A stretch of 64,000 nucleotides of DNA from Escherichia coli (GTDB lineage: Bacteria > Pseudomonadota > Gammaproteobacteria > Enterobacterales > Enterobacteriaceae): assembly GCF_003019035.1 (NCBI RefSeq), contig NZ_CP027447.1; one strand, given 5' to 3'. Shown here one piece after another: positions 1 to 12,223 of this stretch (its first letter is position 1; every line of letters begins with the position of its first letter). Made by a program: the position numbers and the translations under genes. The notes beneath the pieces were generated by a model, which saw only the letters and a list, made by a program, of their open reading frames with translations, had not been told where the DNA came from and searched no databases.

Positions 1-123
1 CGTTAGACGTATTATTTTTCATTAAAAATGCTTAAGTATGCATTTCAATGCACCACGATAGTGCAACAAACCTGGCGTGCACCATGATGATCATTCCATC
101 AGGTACAGCTTCCCTGCGACGTA

Positions 124-906
124 TCAGTCACCGTAGACATTAAAGTCGAAATACTTTTTCGCCATCTTGTCGTAGGTGCCGTCCTGACGCAGCTCGTTAA
201 GCGCCTTATTGAAGGCCGCCGTCAGTTCAGCATCATCTTTACGCAGCCCTACACCGGTGCCGTCACCGAAGTATTTTTTGTCTTTCACTGATGGGCCTGC
301 AAAGGCGAAATCTTTACCGGCGGGTTGCTTAAGGAAACCTTCGCTGGCAGCAACTTCATCTTGTAACGCAGCATCCAGACGTCCTGCAGCCAGATCGGAA
401 TAGACTAAATCCTGGTTGGCATAGGCCACCACATCCACGCCTTTGCTACGCCAGGTCTCGTTAGCGTATGCTTCCTGGGTTGATCCCTGCAGCACACCAA
501 CATGTTTACCTTTCAGTGAATCCAGCGTTGGCTGAATCGGTGAACCTTTGGCGGCAATCAAACGAGAATCTGCGGCGTACAGCTTGTCGGAGAAAGCAAT
601 CTCCTGCTGACGTTTATCGGTAATGGAGAGCGACGAAATAATGGCGTCGATTTTTTTCGCTTTCAGTGAGGGGATCAGCGCGTCAAAGTCGCTGGCAACC
701 CAGGTACATTTCACCTGCATCCGTTTGCACATCTCGTTACCGAGATCGATATCAAAGCCAACAAAATCACCTTTAGCATCTTTCGACGAGAACGGCGCAT
801 AGGTGGTATCGGTTCCGATACGTACCGTCTCCGGTAGCGCCGCATAGCTGGAAGCCGCTGCGGAGAGACCGACTAACAAAGACAGAGCGAGAATCGACTT
901 CTTCAT
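124..906 (-). CDS. argT: Lysine/arginine/ornithine-binding periplasmic protein (ABC transporter substrate-binding)
   Basis: 260-aa ORF with signal peptide and periplasmic amino-acid-binding protein fold; matches remembered ArgT sequence; followed by ubiX-purF as in E. coli. Confidence 0.9.
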   Translation of the reverse strand: MKKSILALSLLVGLSAAASSYAALPETVRIGTDTTYAPFSSKDAKGDFVGFDIDLGNEMCKRMQVKCTWVASDFDALIPSLKAKKIDAIISSLSITDKRQQEIAFSDKLYAADSRLIAAKGSPIQPTLDSLKGKHVGVLQGSTQEAYANETWRSKGVDVVAYANQDLVYSDLAAGRLDAALQDEVAASEGFLKQPAGKDFAFAGPSVKDKKYFGDGTGVGLRKDDAELTAAFNKALNELRQDGTYDKMAKKYFDFNVYGD

Positions 907-974
907 ACATAACCCTCAAGTGAAAATGGCTTTTTTATGTTGTGTATTGTGTTGTGTGTTTGCAGGCTCTTTCA

Positions 975-990
975 TGCAGGTCTTATGCCA
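975..990 (-). promoter_or_regulatory. Candidate sigma54 -24/-12 promoter upstream of argT
   Basis: minus-strand TGGCAT-N5-CTGCA (GG-N10-GC spacing) about 60 nt upstream of argT start; argT is known to be nitrogen regulated. Confidence 0.45.
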
Positions 991-1171
991 TCTTGACGAC
1001 AGCAGTAACATTCAACGTTAAATATGTTAATAAGACGTTGCATTATTGTCCTGAAGTTGAAGATAGCAGGTATAGCGGTTGAATCGCAGCGTTTCGATTG
1101 AATGGCAGAAACAAAATGTCGAGGATTTGATCGCGGTTGCAAAATTGCCCTGAAACAGGGCAACAGCGGAG

Positions 1172-1741
1172 TTATGCGCCCTGCCAGCGGGCAAAGAGAT
1201 CTTCAGGAAGGGTTATTGCAAACTGGTCAAGAACACGATTAACCGTCTGATTTATCACATCATCAAGGGATTGCGGGCGATGATAAAACGCCGGAACGGG
1301 AGGCATAATCACCGCACCGATTTCTGCTGCCTGAGTCATTAAACGCAGATGGCCTAAGTGCAGTGGCGTTTCACGCACGCAGAGCACCAACGGGCGACGC
1401 TCTTTCAGCACAACATCTGCCGCACGGGTCAGTAAGCCATCAGTATAGCTATGGACAATGCCGGACAGGGTTTTGATTGAACAGGGTAAAATCACCATCC
1501 CCAGTGTCTGGAAAGAACCGGAAGAAATGCTGGCAGCAATATCGCGCGCATCGTGCGTCACATCGGCTAATGCCTGCACTTCGCGCAGGGAAAAATCCGT
1601 TTCGAGGGATAAGGTCTGGCGCGCTGCCTGGCTCATCACCAGATGCGTTTCGATATCTGTGACATCGCGCAGAACCTGTAATAAGCGCACGCCATAAATC
1701 GCACCGCTGGCACCGCTGATGCCTACAATGAGTCGTTTCAT
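1172..1741 (-). CDS. ubiX: Flavin prenyltransferase UbiX
   Basis: 189-aa ORF, N-terminal GISGASGA flavoprotein motif; position downstream of purF. Confidence 0.9.
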   Translation of the reverse strand: MKRLIVGISGASGAIYGVRLLQVLRDVTDIETHLVMSQAARQTLSLETDFSLREVQALADVTHDARDIAASISSGSFQTLGMVILPCSIKTLSGIVHSYTDGLLTRAADVVLKERRPLVLCVRETPLHLGHLRLMTQAAEIGAVIMPPVPAFYHRPQSLDDVINQTVNRVLDQFAITLPEDLFARWQGA

Positions 1742-1835
1742 AAATAGTTGCCCTGTCAGACTTGCAGGCAGACTTTGCAGGATTTCGGCGGGAGTTGCAA
1801 GTCAGGGTGCCAGAACGGCACCCTGAGCGAAGGCA

Positions 1836-3353
1836 TCATCCTTCGTTATGCATTTCGAGATTTTCCACTTCGTTCTGACGTTGCACTGCTTTGGCGTCGT
1901 CATTACGTAACGTATCGAGGAAATCGAGGTAGCCCTGATCAACATCTTTGGTGACGTAGACGCCGTTGAATACCGAGCATTCAAACTGCTGGATATCCGG
2001 GTTTTCAGCGCGAACGGCTTCGATCAGATCGTTCAGATCCTGGAAAATCAACCCGTCAGCACCGATGATCTGGCGAATTTCATCTACTTCGCGACCGTGA
2101 GCGATCAGTTCCGTGGCGCTCGGCATATCAATACCATAAACGTTCGGGAAGCGAATTTCCGGTGCCGCAGAAGCGAGGTACACTTTCTTCGCTCCGGCTT
2201 CGCGTGCCATCTCGATAATCTGCTCAGAAGTGGTGCCACGGACGATGGAGTCGTCGACCAGCAGGACGTTTTTATCGCGGAACTCGGCGCGGTTGGCGTT
2301 CAGTTTACGGCGCACGGACTTACGACGCAGCTGCTGACCCGGCATGATGAAGGTGCGGCCAACATAGCGGTTTTTAACGAAGCCCTGGCGGTACGGTTTG
2401 CCCAGAATACGCGCAATTTCCAGCGCGATATCACACGAGGTTTCCGGGATCGGGATCACCACGTCGATATCCAGATCTTCCCATTCGCGGGCAATTTTCT
2501 CGCCCAGTTTGGTGCCCATATTCACGCGCGCGCTGTAAACGGAAATTTTGTCGATGAACGAGTCCGGGCGAGCAAAGTATACATACTCAAACAGGCACGG
2601 ATTGCTGACCGGATTGTCAGCACATTGACGGGTAAACAACTGCCCTTCTTCAGTGATGTAAATCGCTTCGCCAGGCGCGACGTCACGCAGGAAATCAAAG
2701 CCCAGCGTATCGAGCGCAACGCTTTCGGAAGCGACCATATATTCTGTGCGGTTCTCGTCAATATCACGTTTTCCCAGTACCAGCGGACGAATCCCGTTAG
2801 GATCGCGGAAAGCAACCATACCGTGGCCGATAATCATCGCCACGCAGGCATACGCGCCGCGGATTAAGCGGTTTGTGGCAGCAATGGCAGCGAAAATATT
2901 GTCGGCTTCCAGCGGGTAGTGGCGGAAGTTGTCCAGCTCGCTGGCGAAGATATTAAGCAGAATCTCCGAGTCGGAAGTGGTGTTGATGTGGCGGCGTTTT
3001 TCTTCAAACAGTTTTTTACGCAACTCGTGAGCGTTGGTCAGATTGCCGTTGTGGGCAAGCGTAATGCCATACGGAGAGTTAACGTAAAACGGCTGCGCTT
3101 CAGAGGCGCTGGAGCTACCAGCCGTAGGGTAACGCACATGACCAATGCCCATATTGCCCTGCAAACGCTGCATATGGCGAGCTTCAAATACATCGCTCAC
3201 CAGCCCGTTCGCTTTACGCAAACGGAAGCAGTTATTGGCATCAATGGTGATGATGCCGGCGGCATCCTGACCGCGATGCTGAAGCACCGTTAAGGCATCA
3301 TAAATCGACTGGTTAACCGGCATAACACCGGCGATACCGACAATACCGCACAT
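1836..3353 (-). CDS. purF: Amidophosphoribosyltransferase
   Basis: 505-aa ORF starting MCGIVGI (N-terminal nucleophile Cys), PRTase motif. Confidence 0.95.
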   Translation of the reverse strand: MCGIVGIAGVMPVNQSIYDALTVLQHRGQDAAGIITIDANNCFRLRKANGLVSDVFEARHMQRLQGNMGIGHVRYPTAGSSSASEAQPFYVNSPYGITLAHNGNLTNAHELRKKLFEEKRRHINTTSDSEILLNIFASELDNFRHYPLEADNIFAAIAATNRLIRGAYACVAMIIGHGMVAFRDPNGIRPLVLGKRDIDENRTEYMVASESVALDTLGFDFLRDVAPGEAIYITEEGQLFTRQCADNPVSNPCLFEYVYFARPDSFIDKISVYSARVNMGTKLGEKIAREWEDLDIDVVIPIPETSCDIALEIARILGKPYRQGFVKNRYVGRTFIMPGQQLRRKSVRRKLNANRAEFRDKNVLLVDDSIVRGTTSEQIIEMAREAGAKKVYLASAAPEIRFPNVYGIDMPSATELIAHGREVDEIRQIIGADGLIFQDLNDLIEAVRAENPDIQQFECSVFNGVYVTKDVDQGYLDFLDTLRNDDAKAVQRQNEVENLEMHNEG

Positions 3354-3389
3354 ACGTCTTTTTCCTCGTTAAGCCACATCTCAGAGCAC

Positions 3390-3878
3390 TTACGCTCTGG
3401 GCAAGAAACTTGACGAGCTTTGCAGATAATCAAAAAACCATCTGATGATAAAACTGAACTGCGGGATCAGCTGTGATTTGCTCCAGTCTTCGCTTTTCGA
3501 CACCCCGGTAAAGGAGTCGAGAAAGAAGAGAATGGCAGCAACAATCAACACACCGCGCAACGCACCGAAACAGACGCCCAACACCCGATCGGTGCCTGAC
3601 AACCCCGTTTTCTCCACCAGCTGGCCTATCACGAAGTTCACGATAGCACCAACAATCAGGGTAGCGATAAACAGTACCGCGATGGCAATCCCATTTCGAA
3701 CCAGTTCGTCTTCAAAGCCCGTAAACCAGACTGACAGGTAAGTGTAGTAATGACTGGCAACAAAGAAAGCACAACCCCATGTCACCAGCGATAACGCTTC
3801 ACGAACAAAGCCGCGGATCAGGCTAACCAGAGAGGAAAAAGCAATCACCGCGATTATGGCGTAATCAATCCAGACCAT
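3390..3878 (-). CDS. cvpA: Colicin V production membrane protein
   Basis: 162-aa multi-TM ORF immediately upstream of purF. Confidence 0.9.
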   Translation of the reverse strand: MVWIDYAIIAVIAFSSLVSLIRGFVREALSLVTWGCAFFVASHYYTYLSVWFTGFEDELVRNGIAIAVLFIATLIVGAIVNFVIGQLVEKTGLSGTDRVLGVCFGALRGVLIVAAILFFLDSFTGVSKSEDWSKSQLIPQFSFIIRWFFDYLQSSSSFLPRA

Positions 3879-3934
3879 ATGTGTCCCACGATTTTACGCC
3901 CTGTCATCCTGTTCGGGGCGCATTCTAACAGAAA

Positions 3935-3950
3935 AAGAAAACGTTTGCGT
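3935..3950 (-). promoter_or_regulatory. PurR operator (pur box) of the cvpA-purF operon
   Basis: minus-strand reads ACGCAAACGTTTTCTT, a palindromic pur-box-like sequence about 60 nt upstream of cvpA. Confidence 0.6.
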
Positions 3951-4039
3951 AGGGATTTCCTTCCCACGCATCAATAAAAATGGCGCTGAAAAAATATTCA
4001 ACGCCATCGACTTTTTATGCCTTTGCGGCATCGTGCAAT

Positions 4040-4106
4040 GCGTGTCGGATGCGGCGTGAACGCCTTATCTGTACCAGATAAGACGCGTTAGTATCGCATC
4101 AGGCAA
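4040..4106. repeat. REP (repetitive extragenic palindromic) element cluster
   Basis: GTCGGATGCGGCGTGAACGCCTTATC ... AGATAAGACGCG...GCATCAGGC palindromic units between cvpA and dedD. Confidence 0.5.
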
Positions 4107-4113
4107 GACCGTA

Positions 4114-4776
4114 TTAATTCGGTGTATAACCCATTACCACGCCGCTTAAGCCAGAAAGTTGCTTCAACTCACCCAGCGAACCTTTCAGCTTATCTTTCGA
4201 GGCATCCGGCCCAACCAGAATACGGGTAATTTTACCCTGCACTGGCGTGGATGGCGACGTATAAACCCGATAACCGGCACCGCGCAGCTTACCGACAATC
4301 TCATTCACTTTATCGGCATTTTTCAGCGCCCCCAGTTGTACAACATAGGCTTTACCCGTTGGCGCTGCTTTTTCTTCCACGACCGGCTTCGGTTCTGGCT
4401 TCGGCGCAGGTGGTGCTTCAACCTTCGGTTTCGGCGGCTCCACCGGTTTCGGCTTCGGTGGGGCGACCGGTGCAGGTTCCGGTTCAAACTCGGTGTTATT
4501 GGCTGCAATAGTGGCCGGATCGAGCGACGGTGCTGCGGCATCACCTGCCCGCACCTCTTCCGCTGCGCCTTCCGGCGGCTGCGTCGGCAACGCCTGGGTG
4601 GCGGCTGGCATCATATCAGGCTCATCGCGATCGCCCGCTTTCGGCACCAGCGGGATAGCCGCGAACTCATCCTGATAATGTTTTTTCTGCCCGTCCAGCA
4701 GCCCTGGAAGTACTATCACCCCCAGCGCCACCAGCACGATCGTGCCCACTAACCGATTCTGAAACTTACTTGCCAC
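4114..4776 (-). CDS. dedD: Cell division protein DedD (SPOR domain)
   Basis: Pro/Glu/Lys-rich linker and C-terminal SPOR-like domain; start taken at internal MASKFQNRL. Confidence 0.85.
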   Translation of the reverse strand: MASKFQNRLVGTIVLVALGVIVLPGLLDGQKKHYQDEFAAIPLVPKAGDRDEPDMMPAATQALPTQPPEGAAEEVRAGDAAAPSLDPATIAANNTEFEPEPAPVAPPKPKPVEPPKPKVEAPPAPKPEPKPVVEEKAAPTGKAYVVQLGALKNADKVNEIVGKLRGAGYRVYTSPSTPVQGKITRILVGPDASKDKLKGSLGELKQLSGLSGVVMGYTPN

Positions 4777-6034
4777 CGCTTCTCCTCGCGTCAATCACTT
4801 CCATGACATGTGCGACCGTGTGGAACGAACCACACACCAGCACGGTATCTTCCGCTTTAGCGTCCGCCATTGCGGCATCCCATGCCTGCGCCACGCTATC
4901 AAATGATTTGCCGTTACCCAAATGCTCAAGCAGTTGTTCTGCCGTGGCACCGCGCGGCCCTTCCAGTGGCGCACAATACCAGTCATCAACCACGCTTTTC
5001 AACCAGGCCAGAGTTCCGGCAATATCTTTATCATGTAGCATACCGATAACCGCCAGCACGCGCCCGTTTTTCGGTAGCGCTTTCATACGCCCGGTGAGAT
5101 ATTCCGCCGCATGTGGATTATGCGCGACATCAAAAATAACGCGTGGCGACTCGCTCACAATCTGGAAACGTCCCGGCAAAATTGCGCTGGCAATCCCGTC
5201 GCGAACGGCATTTTCACTGACCTCCAGCCCGCTGGCACGCAGTGCCGCCAGCGCCGTTGCGGCATTCGGTTGCGGGACAAGCGGCAACGGCAGATTTTCC
5301 AGCGTGCCGTGAGCATCGCTAAACGTCCAGTCATGATCGGTGACGGAATAGTTCCACTCAACGCCCCGACGTTGTAACAGTGCACCTTTTTCCTGCGCCA
5401 CATCAGCAATGGTAGAAGGCATTTCCGGCTCACCGACAATTGCCGGTTTTTCGCTGCGGAAGATGCCTGCTTTCTCGCGACCAATACTTTCGCGATCTGG
5501 CCCCAGCCAGTCGGTATGATCCAGCGCAATGCTGGTTACTACCGCGACATCGGCATCGACAATATTGGTTGCGTCCAGACGACCGCCCAGCCCTACTTCC
5601 AGAATCACCACGTCAAGTTGTGCCTGTTTGAACAGCCACAACGCCGACAGCGTACCGTACTCGAAATAGGTCAGGGAAATATCACCGCGTGCCGATTCAA
5701 TCTCCGCAAAAGAGGCGGTGTGGGCCGATTCCGGCAATTCCTGGCCCTGCACACGAACGCGCTCGGTATAACGCACCAGATGCGGTGAACTGTAGACGCC
5801 CACTTTGTACCCTGCCGCCATCAGAATCGACTCCAGCGTACGGCAGGTGGTGCCTTTGCCATTCGTACCCGCAACGGTAAACACAAATGGCGCTGGTTTC
5901 AGAATGCCAAGACGCGCCGCGACCTGGCTCACGCGCTCAAGGCCGAGATCGATAGTTTTACTGTGCAGGTTTTCCAGATAAGAAAGCCACGAAGCCAGAG
6001 GCGACGCGGCTTGAGGAGTGCGTTTGATAATCAT
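4766..6034 (-). CDS. folC: Dihydrofolate synthase / folylpolyglutamate synthase
   Basis: 422-aa ORF, Mur ligase family P-loop (GTNGKGTT). Confidence 0.95.
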   Translation of the reverse strand: MIIKRTPQAASPLASWLSYLENLHSKTIDLGLERVSQVAARLGILKPAPFVFTVAGTNGKGTTCRTLESILMAAGYKVGVYSSPHLVRYTERVRVQGQELPESAHTASFAEIESARGDISLTYFEYGTLSALWLFKQAQLDVVILEVGLGGRLDATNIVDADVAVVTSIALDHTDWLGPDRESIGREKAGIFRSEKPAIVGEPEMPSTIADVAQEKGALLQRRGVEWNYSVTDHDWTFSDAHGTLENLPLPLVPQPNAATALAALRASGLEVSENAVRDGIASAILPGRFQIVSESPRVIFDVAHNPHAAEYLTGRMKALPKNGRVLAVIGMLHDKDIAGTLAWLKSVVDDWYCAPLEGPRGATAEQLLEHLGNGKSFDSVAQAWDAAMADAKAEDTVLVCGSFHTVAHVMEVIDARRSGGK

Positions 6035-6103
6035 GGTATCCGCTGATTCGTTACGGTGAGAATAGCAAAAGGGCAGAGCCAGTGGCCCTGCCCTTATCAG
6101 TTA

Positions 6104-7018
6104 TCAGGCCTCAGGTTCCTGATCTGGTACCGGTGGCACCACTACGCCTTCACGCGGCGCTTCAGGATTCGGCGCTGGCAGATTCATCAACTTCGCCAGA
6201 ATGCTCGCCAGTTTCAGGCGCATTTCCGGACGACGGACGATCATGTCGATCGCGCCTTTCTCGATCAGGAATTCACTGCGCTGGAATCCTGGCGGCAGTT
6301 TTTCGCGAACGGTCTGTTCGATAACACGCGGACCGGCAAAGCCGATTAACGCTTTCGGTTCAGCGATGTTGAGATCGCCCAGCATGGCGAAACTTGCAGA
6401 AACACCACCCATGGTCGGGTCGGTCAGCACGGAGATGTACGGCAAGCCGCGCTCCTGCATTTTTGCCAGCGCCGCAGAGGTTTTCGCCATCTGCATCAGC
6501 GACATCAGTGCTTCCTGCATACGTGCGCCACCAGAGGCGGAGAAGCAGATCAGTGGGCAGTTATCTTCCAGCGCCTGCTCAACGGCACGCACGAAACGTG
6601 CACCCACAACAGACCCCATTGAACCGCCCATAAAGGCGAACTCGAATGCCGCAGCGACAACCGGCATTCCATACAGAGTGCCTTTCATCACCACCAGCGC
6701 ATCTTTTTCGCCGGTTTCTTTCTGCGCAGATGCCAGACGGTCTTTATACTTCTTGGAGTCACGAAACTTCAGCACATCTTTCGGCTCAAGCTCGCTACCC
6801 AGCTCCACAAGGCTTCCTTCATCTAACAGGCTATGCAGGCGATTACGCGCTGTCATACGCATGTGATGGTCACACTTCGGACAGACCTCAAGATTACGTT
6901 CCAGCTCAGCGCGGTATAAAACCTGACCGCAGCTATCACACTTAGTCCACACCCCTTCAGGAATGCTCGCCTTGCGGGTGGGAGTAATGTTGCTTTTAAT
7001 TCGTTCAATCCAGCTCAT
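6104..7018 (-). CDS. accD: Acetyl-CoA carboxylase carboxyltransferase beta subunit
   Basis: N-terminal Cys4 zinc finger (CDSCGQ...CPKCDHH) and carboxyltransferase domain; start set at internal MSWIERIK rather than the extended ORF. Confidence 0.9.
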
Positions 7019-7173
7019 TAGGGACCTTTCTGTCTGAACCTGGTTCGATGCCAGTTTTATCTTTGGGGACGCATAATGCCATTTTTGCCCCCAACAGACC
7101 ATGAATGTTGCACATTAAAACATAACAGCCCGAAACTTTGGATAAAAAAGTGGTCGAACCGCGGAGTTACTTT

Positions 7174-7833
7174 TTATTTTGCGGCGCGTGCCGCAGCGCG
7201 TTTGTGGCGAATAAATTCGAAAACACCTGGCAATATTGAAACAAAAATAATGCCAACAATCATCAGTTTAAGGTTGCTCTGAATGAAGGGGAGCGTTCCG
7301 AAGAAATAACCCGCGTAGGTAAAAATCAGTACCCATAGCAACGCGCCGATGACGTTAAAAGCGGCGAAATGACGGTACGACATGTGGCCCATTCCCGCAA
7401 CAAACGGCGCGAACGTTCTGACGATCGGCACAAAACGGGCGAGAATAATCGTTTTGCCGCCATGTTTCTCATAAAACTGATGGGTTTTGTCGAGATAACT
7501 GCGACGAAAGATTTTCGAATCCGGATTACTGAACAGTTTGTCACCAAATAACCGTCCAATGGTGTAGTTCACCGCGTCACCCACAATCGCGGCGATCAGC
7601 ATCAGCACCACCATCATATGGACGTTGAGATCGTTGGTTTCCAGTGATGCCAACGCACCGGCAACAAACAGCAATGAATCACCCGGTAAAAACGGCGTTA
7701 CCACCAGACCGGTTTCACAGAACAAAATTAAGAACAAAATGGCATAAACCCAGACGCCATACTCCGCGACCAGTTCTGCCAGATGCACGTCAATGTGCAG
7801 GATAAAATCGATGAGGAAATAAATCAGGTCCAT
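7174..7833 (-). CDS. dedA: DedA family inner membrane protein
   Basis: 219-aa multi-TM ORF, conserved position between accD and truA. Confidence 0.9.
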   Translation of the reverse strand: MDLIYFLIDFILHIDVHLAELVAEYGVWVYAILFLILFCETGLVVTPFLPGDSLLFVAGALASLETNDLNVHMMVVLMLIAAIVGDAVNYTIGRLFGDKLFSNPDSKIFRRSYLDKTHQFYEKHGGKTIILARFVPIVRTFAPFVAGMGHMSYRHFAAFNVIGALLWVLIFTYAGYFFGTLPFIQSNLKLMIVGIIFVSILPGVFEFIRHKRAAARAAK

Positions 7834-7915
7834 ATTTGCCTATGCCTTGTACTCGTCATCTATCAGGCTGTAACTACGTTGGCTACAGCCTGAAATGTTC
7901 CGAGCATTATTCTCG

Positions 7916-8728
7916 TTAGTCCGCCAGAAATAGCGGGCCCATTGGCGGTTTTGGAAGATCATACCGGTCAGGGTAATCCACCGCGACCAGATACAGCCCT
8001 TCCGCTTTTGCCGTTGCTGCCGCCAGCGTTCTGTCCTTTGCCGCTAGCAACTCTGCTATCCAGCTCTCCGGCTGGTTGTGGGCACCGACTTCCATCAGGC
8101 TGCCGACAATATTCCTGACCATATGATGTACAAAGGCATTCGCTTTGATATCTACCACCACATAAGGACCGTGACGCGTGACATTAATATGCATAACGTT
8201 GCGCCACGGGGTCCGGGACTGACACTGCACCGCACGGAACGAGGTGAAATCATTCTCGCCCAGCAAGCATTGCGCAGCCCGATGCATCCGTTCAGCGTCC
8301 AGCGGTTCGTAAAAATGGGTTACCCCTTTACTCAGTACCGCCGGGCGCAGCCGATGATTGTAGATGATGTAGCGATAACGGCGAGCCGTGGCGCTAAATC
8401 GGGCATGAAAATCATCAGGTACAGCTTTAACCCAACGCACGGCGATGTCACCAGGTAAATTCGCATTTACGCCCAACGTCCACGCAGCGTCTTTGCGCTG
8501 CGCGGTCGTTTCGAAATGCACAACCTGCCCGGTGCCGTGTACACCTGCGTCAGTACGCCCGGCGCAGAAGACGGTGATGGGTTCGTTCGCCACCTGGGAG
8601 AGCGCCTTTTCCAGCTTCTCCTGCACACTGCGTACTTCATTCTGCCGTTGCCAGCCGTAATACTTACTGCCGTCGTACTCAATGCCCAGCGCAATTTTAT
8701 AAACTGGCGGTTGTTGCTGGTCGGACAT
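7916..8728 (-). CDS. truA: tRNA pseudouridine(38-40) synthase
   Basis: 270-aa ORF; RTDAGVH catalytic Asp motif. Confidence 0.95.
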   Translation of the reverse strand: MSDQQQPPVYKIALGIEYDGSKYYGWQRQNEVRSVQEKLEKALSQVANEPITVFCAGRTDAGVHGTGQVVHFETTAQRKDAAWTLGVNANLPGDIAVRWVKAVPDDFHARFSATARRYRYIIYNHRLRPAVLSKGVTHFYEPLDAERMHRAAQCLLGENDFTSFRAVQCQSRTPWRNVMHINVTRHGPYVVVDIKANAFVHHMVRNIVGSLMEVGAHNQPESWIAELLAAKDRTLAAATAKAEGLYLVAVDYPDRYDLPKPPMGPLFLAD

Positions 8729-9741
8729 TAGTACAGATACTCCTGCACCAGTTTCTCGGCGATTTTTACTGCCATCAGCGCGCCGCCAAAGCGAACGTTA
8801 TCGGCCACCGACCAGAACTGAACTTGCTCCGGCATACCGTAGTCATTACGTACGCAGCCAACGGAAAGATGCGGCGTACCAGAAGCATCCCCCACCTGAG
8901 TCGGGAATTCGTTCTCTTCAGAGAGCACAATATCTTCGCCCTGAGCAAACGCATCACGCGCTTCTTCTGCTGCCAGCGGACGCAGTGCTTCAAAGTTGAC
9001 CATCTGGGCATGACCGTAGAATACCGGTGCCTGGACGACGCTTGCCGAAATCATCAGCCCTTCGTCCTGCAGGATTTTGCGTACTTCGTCAACGATACGA
9101 CGTTCTTCACGCACGCTACCTTCGCTATCCGGCAGTAACGGCAGCATGTTGAACGCCAGCTGACGCCCGAAGAAATCTTCTTCATCAATCGGAATGCCGT
9201 TGAGCAATTTCGCACTCTGCCCCGCTAACGCATCGACCGCTTTTTTACCCTGGGCGGAGGCTGAAATCAGGCTGGTAACGCTGATACGTGATAAACCGCC
9301 CTGATCAATTAGCGGTTTCAGTGCCGCCAGCAGTTGGCTGGTCAGACTGTCCGGTACGGCGATGACATTCCGGTTGCGGTAATCGGTCAGTACAAACGGG
9401 TTTACTTCCGGCACCACCAGCGGTACGTCAGGTTCGAGAGCAAACAATCCGCTGCTATCGATCACCAGGCAACCTGAGTTGGTCGCTTCTTCAACCCAGG
9501 CAGCGGTAGCTTCTTTGCCTGCGACAAAAAATGCCAGCTGCGCCTGCGTCCAGTCGAATTCAGCGGCATCCTGCACGGTGATTGTCTTACCACCAAAGCG
9601 CAGTTGTTCGCCTGCGCTTTCGTTACGTGCCAGTGCATAAATTTCCCCAACCGGGAACTGACGTTCAGCCAGCGTTTCAAGCAGGGCTTCGCCCACAGCG
9701 CCAGTTGCGCCCAGGACGGCAATGTTCCAGCCTTCAGACAT
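8728..9741 (-). CDS. usg: USG-1 protein (aspartate-semialdehyde dehydrogenase homologue)
   Basis: 337-aa ORF with N-terminal Rossmann GATGAVG; translationally coupled to truA. Confidence 0.85.
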   Translation of the reverse strand: MSEGWNIAVLGATGAVGEALLETLAERQFPVGEIYALARNESAGEQLRFGGKTITVQDAAEFDWTQAQLAFFVAGKEATAAWVEEATNSGCLVIDSSGLFALEPDVPLVVPEVNPFVLTDYRNRNVIAVPDSLTSQLLAALKPLIDQGGLSRISVTSLISASAQGKKAVDALAGQSAKLLNGIPIDEEDFFGRQLAFNMLPLLPDSEGSVREERRIVDEVRKILQDEGLMISASVVQAPVFYGHAQMVNFEALRPLAAEEARDAFAQGEDIVLSEENEFPTQVGDASGTPHLSVGCVRNDYGMPEQVQFWSVADNVRFGGALMAVKIAEKLVQEYLY

Positions 9742-9806
9742 GGTGGTTTACTCCAGAAATAGCAAAGCTCCCTGCCAATATTACAGCAGAGAGCATGAAG
9801 AAGAGA

Positions 9807-10964
9807 TTAACGTGCCGGATGATGGACGGCGTTAAAACCCAGTTTACACAGCAATGATGCCGCACTGGCGTCATCACAAATTACATACAGAGATGACCAT
9901 TCACGGCGCTCAAGATAGTTTTTGCGCAGCTTATCGAACTCACCCGGTATTCCGGCGACTTTACGCAGCGGCGCGTCATCGCGGCGCACATCATACACCA
10001 AATGCACCAGCCTTTTCAGCGTCGGTTGATCGAGCGGGCCATGCAGCGTAATGCGACCAAACTCTGGCGCGGGCAGCAACGTATCCAGCGCAACGTGTTG
10101 TTCATGCCCAATAAACTTGCTATAAGCTTCAAACACTTGCGTAGTACCGCGTGCTTTACCTTCCAGGGTATAGCCTGCGATATGCGGCGTGCCGATATCC
10201 ACTTTTTTCAGCAATTCCACGTTAAGTTCCGGTTCGCCTTCCCAGACATCCAGCACTACGCTTAACTTCTGGCCTTCGTTCAGGCAGGTCAGCAGGGCGG
10301 TATTATCGACGACTGCGCCACGGCAGGCGTTAATCAGAATCGCTCCTGGTTTCAGGCTGCGGATCAGTTTTTCATCCGCCAGATGCAGCGTTTTGTACGG
10401 ACCATCTTTAAAGAGTGGCGTATGGAAAGTCAGAATATCCGCATGCTGAACTAATTCATCCAGCGAGCGGAAATCCCCCTCATCCCCACGGTCGGCGCGG
10501 GGCGGATCGCAAAGTAAGGTTTTGATCCCTAAAGCTTCCAGTCGCGCCTGTAAACGACGACCAACGTTACCAACGCCAACGATCCCCACGGTACGCTCGT
10601 GCAGTGAAAATCCATCGCGTTCGGCAAGCATCAGCAGGGAGGAGAAAACATATTCCACCACCGCAATCGCATTACAGCCAGGTGCCGCGGAAAAACCAAT
10701 TCCCGCCTGCTTTAACCACGCTTCATCGACATGGTCGGTCCCCGCGGTGGCAGTGCCAACAAATTTAATGGGTTTTCCTGCCAGCAAAGATTCATTCACT
10801 TTCGTGACCGAACGCACCATCAGCGCATCCGCGTCTGCCAGTTGAGCGACGGGGATTGGACGCCCGGGAACCGCGGTCACCTCACCCAAACGGCTAAATA
10901 AGTCGCGGGCATAAGGCATATTTTCATCAACAAGGATTTTTAACCCTTTTTCAGTCTCTGACAA
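9807..10964 (-). CDS. pdxB: Erythronate-4-phosphate dehydrogenase
   Basis: D-2-hydroxyacid dehydrogenase fold; matches remembered PdxB ([15 protein letters not shown]...). The codon at the canonical start position is TTA here, so the start is uncertain; the ORF track's TTG at 10964 is used. Confidence 0.9.
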   Translation of the reverse strand: MSETEKGLKILVDENMPYARDLFSRLGEVTAVPGRPIPVAQLADADALMVRSVTKVNESLLAGKPIKFVGTATAGTDHVDEAWLKQAGIGFSAAPGCNAIAVVEYVFSSLLMLAERDGFSLHERTVGIVGVGNVGRRLQARLEALGIKTLLCDPPRADRGDEGDFRSLDELVQHADILTFHTPLFKDGPYKTLHLADEKLIRSLKPGAILINACRGAVVDNTALLTCLNEGQKLSVVLDVWEGEPELNVELLKKVDIGTPHIAGYTLEGKARGTTQVFEAYSKFIGHEQHVALDTLLPAPEFGRITLHGPLDQPTLKRLVHLVYDVRRDDAPLRKVAGIPGEFDKLRKNYLERREWSSLYVICDDASAASLLCKLGFNAVHHPAR

Positions 10965-11122
10965 TCTAAGGCTCCTTTATTAACAAACGCCCATTTGCAA
11001 ACTGCTGTTTAATCTGAAAAAACATTCATAATCATACAGATAACAACATAACCATTTAGACGGGCAATACTGAAAAATTGTTATTCAGTATCGCCCTTTA
11101 AGCCGTTTCAGGCTATATAAAA

Positions 11123-12142
11123 TTAATCCCCCGTGGACACTGCGTGGACACTCACGCCACCTTTCAGCGGATTAAGGGCCACCGCATCCTGCAGGTAATC
11201 CGGTGCAAAATGTGCATATGCCATTGTTTGCTGAATGGTTGCGTGGCCAAGAATCTTCTGAAGCGCAATAATGTTTCCTCCGTTCATCACAAAATGGCTG
11301 GCGAACGTATGCCGCAGCACATGTGCAGCTTGGCCTTTTGGCAAATCGGGCTTAACTCTTTTCAGCGCCAGGCAGAATTCCCGGTACTTCACCTCAAACA
11401 AGCCGCCTGTTTCTCTGGTTTTGATCGCCTCACAAACTGCCTGCGAAATTGGCACTGTTCTCTTTCGGCCATTTTTGGTTTCAAGAAACGTTACACGGTT
11501 ATGAACTATCTGTTCACCACGAAGCTTACAAGCTTCACTCCAGCGCGCCCCCGTGCTTAAACACAAAAGCGCAACACGCCAGTAATCGCCCTCCAGTGTA
11601 TCGAGCAATAGCGCCACTTCCTTCTGGGACAGGAAAGCCATTTCTCGTGGAGATACATAAAGAATAGAAATTCCCCTTACCGGATGTTCTGCATCCCAGA
11701 GGCCTATTTTCTTCAGTATGGTAAACATTCCGGATAACCGATTCATGTATCTGTTAGCAGATGACGGTTTCAATCCATCAGCTATCTTTTGAGAACGCCA
11801 CGCGATAATTTTTAGCTTATCAAGATCCACAGCCTGCATATCAGCGCCAAGCTCATTGATTATGTTGCGCAGTTGTTTTCGGTCTTCTTCCGCCTTACGC
11901 CTGTGCTGGCCGTGATACATCCACCACAACTCAAGCAAATCATTTAGCGTTCGACGATCACGGTAGCCCTGTATATATTCCCGCTTTTCAGCGTTCGCCA
12001 TGATGTAGCGTTCAGTGGCCACCGCTACCGATTTTTTGTCAAATACCTTACGCACGCGCTTTCCCTTGCGTCCGTTCGGCCTGATGTCCAGCAAATAACG
12101 ACCATCTTCGAGCTTCTTAATCGACATTGCGAAGCCCTCCAA
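11123..12142 (-). CDS. int: Phage integrase (tyrosine recombinase, P2 Int-like)
   Basis: 339 aa; C-terminal catalytic HxxR ... Y motif (HVLRHTFAS ... MAYAHF); adjacent to att core. Confidence 0.9.
   Translation of the reverse strand: MEGFAMSIKKLEDGRYLLDIRPNGRKGKRVRKVFDKKSVAVATERYIMANAEKREYIQGYRDRRTLNDLLELWWMYHGQHRRKAEEDRKQLRNIINELGADMQAVDLDKLKIIAWRSQKIADGLKPSSANRYMNRLSGMFTILKKIGLWDAEHPVRGISILYVSPREMAFLSQKEVALLLDTLEGDYWRVALLCLSTGARWSEACKLRGEQIVHNRVTFLETKNGRKRTVPISQAVCEAIKTRETGGLFEVKYREFCLALKRVKPDLPKGQAAHVLRHTFASHFVMNGGNIIALQKILGHATIQQTMAYAHFAPDYLQDAVALNPLKGGVSVHAVSTGD
11138..11150. repeat. attL core (CACTGCGTGGACA), inside the last codons of int
   Basis: exact 13-bp repeat (17/18 with flank) also at 46825-46837. 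Confidence 0.5.
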
Positions 12143-12223
12143 TGAACCGCTCTACAATTTCTCCAGCCTCTTTCCAGCAATAATCAGACCAGACAAAAAG
12201 CAGGTCTAACCAGTTTTCTGGCC

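Noticed and set aside
2097-2867. 256-aa plus-strand ORF
   Set aside because: Lies entirely antisense within purF, a well-supported gene; no independent signals
4159-4752. 197-aa plus-strand ORF and several others overlapping dedD
   Set aside because: Artefact of the GC- and Pro-rich repetitive dedD linker region; antisense to a supported gene
6104-7102. 332-aa extended accD ORF
   Set aside because: The extension precedes the conserved MSWIERIK start and lacks a ribosome-binding site; the internal start was used
10965-11122. tRNA gene at the prophage attachment site
   Set aside because: No tRNA-like sequence adjacent to either att copy; only a hairpin (ATACTGAA...TTCAGTAT) consistent with a terminator
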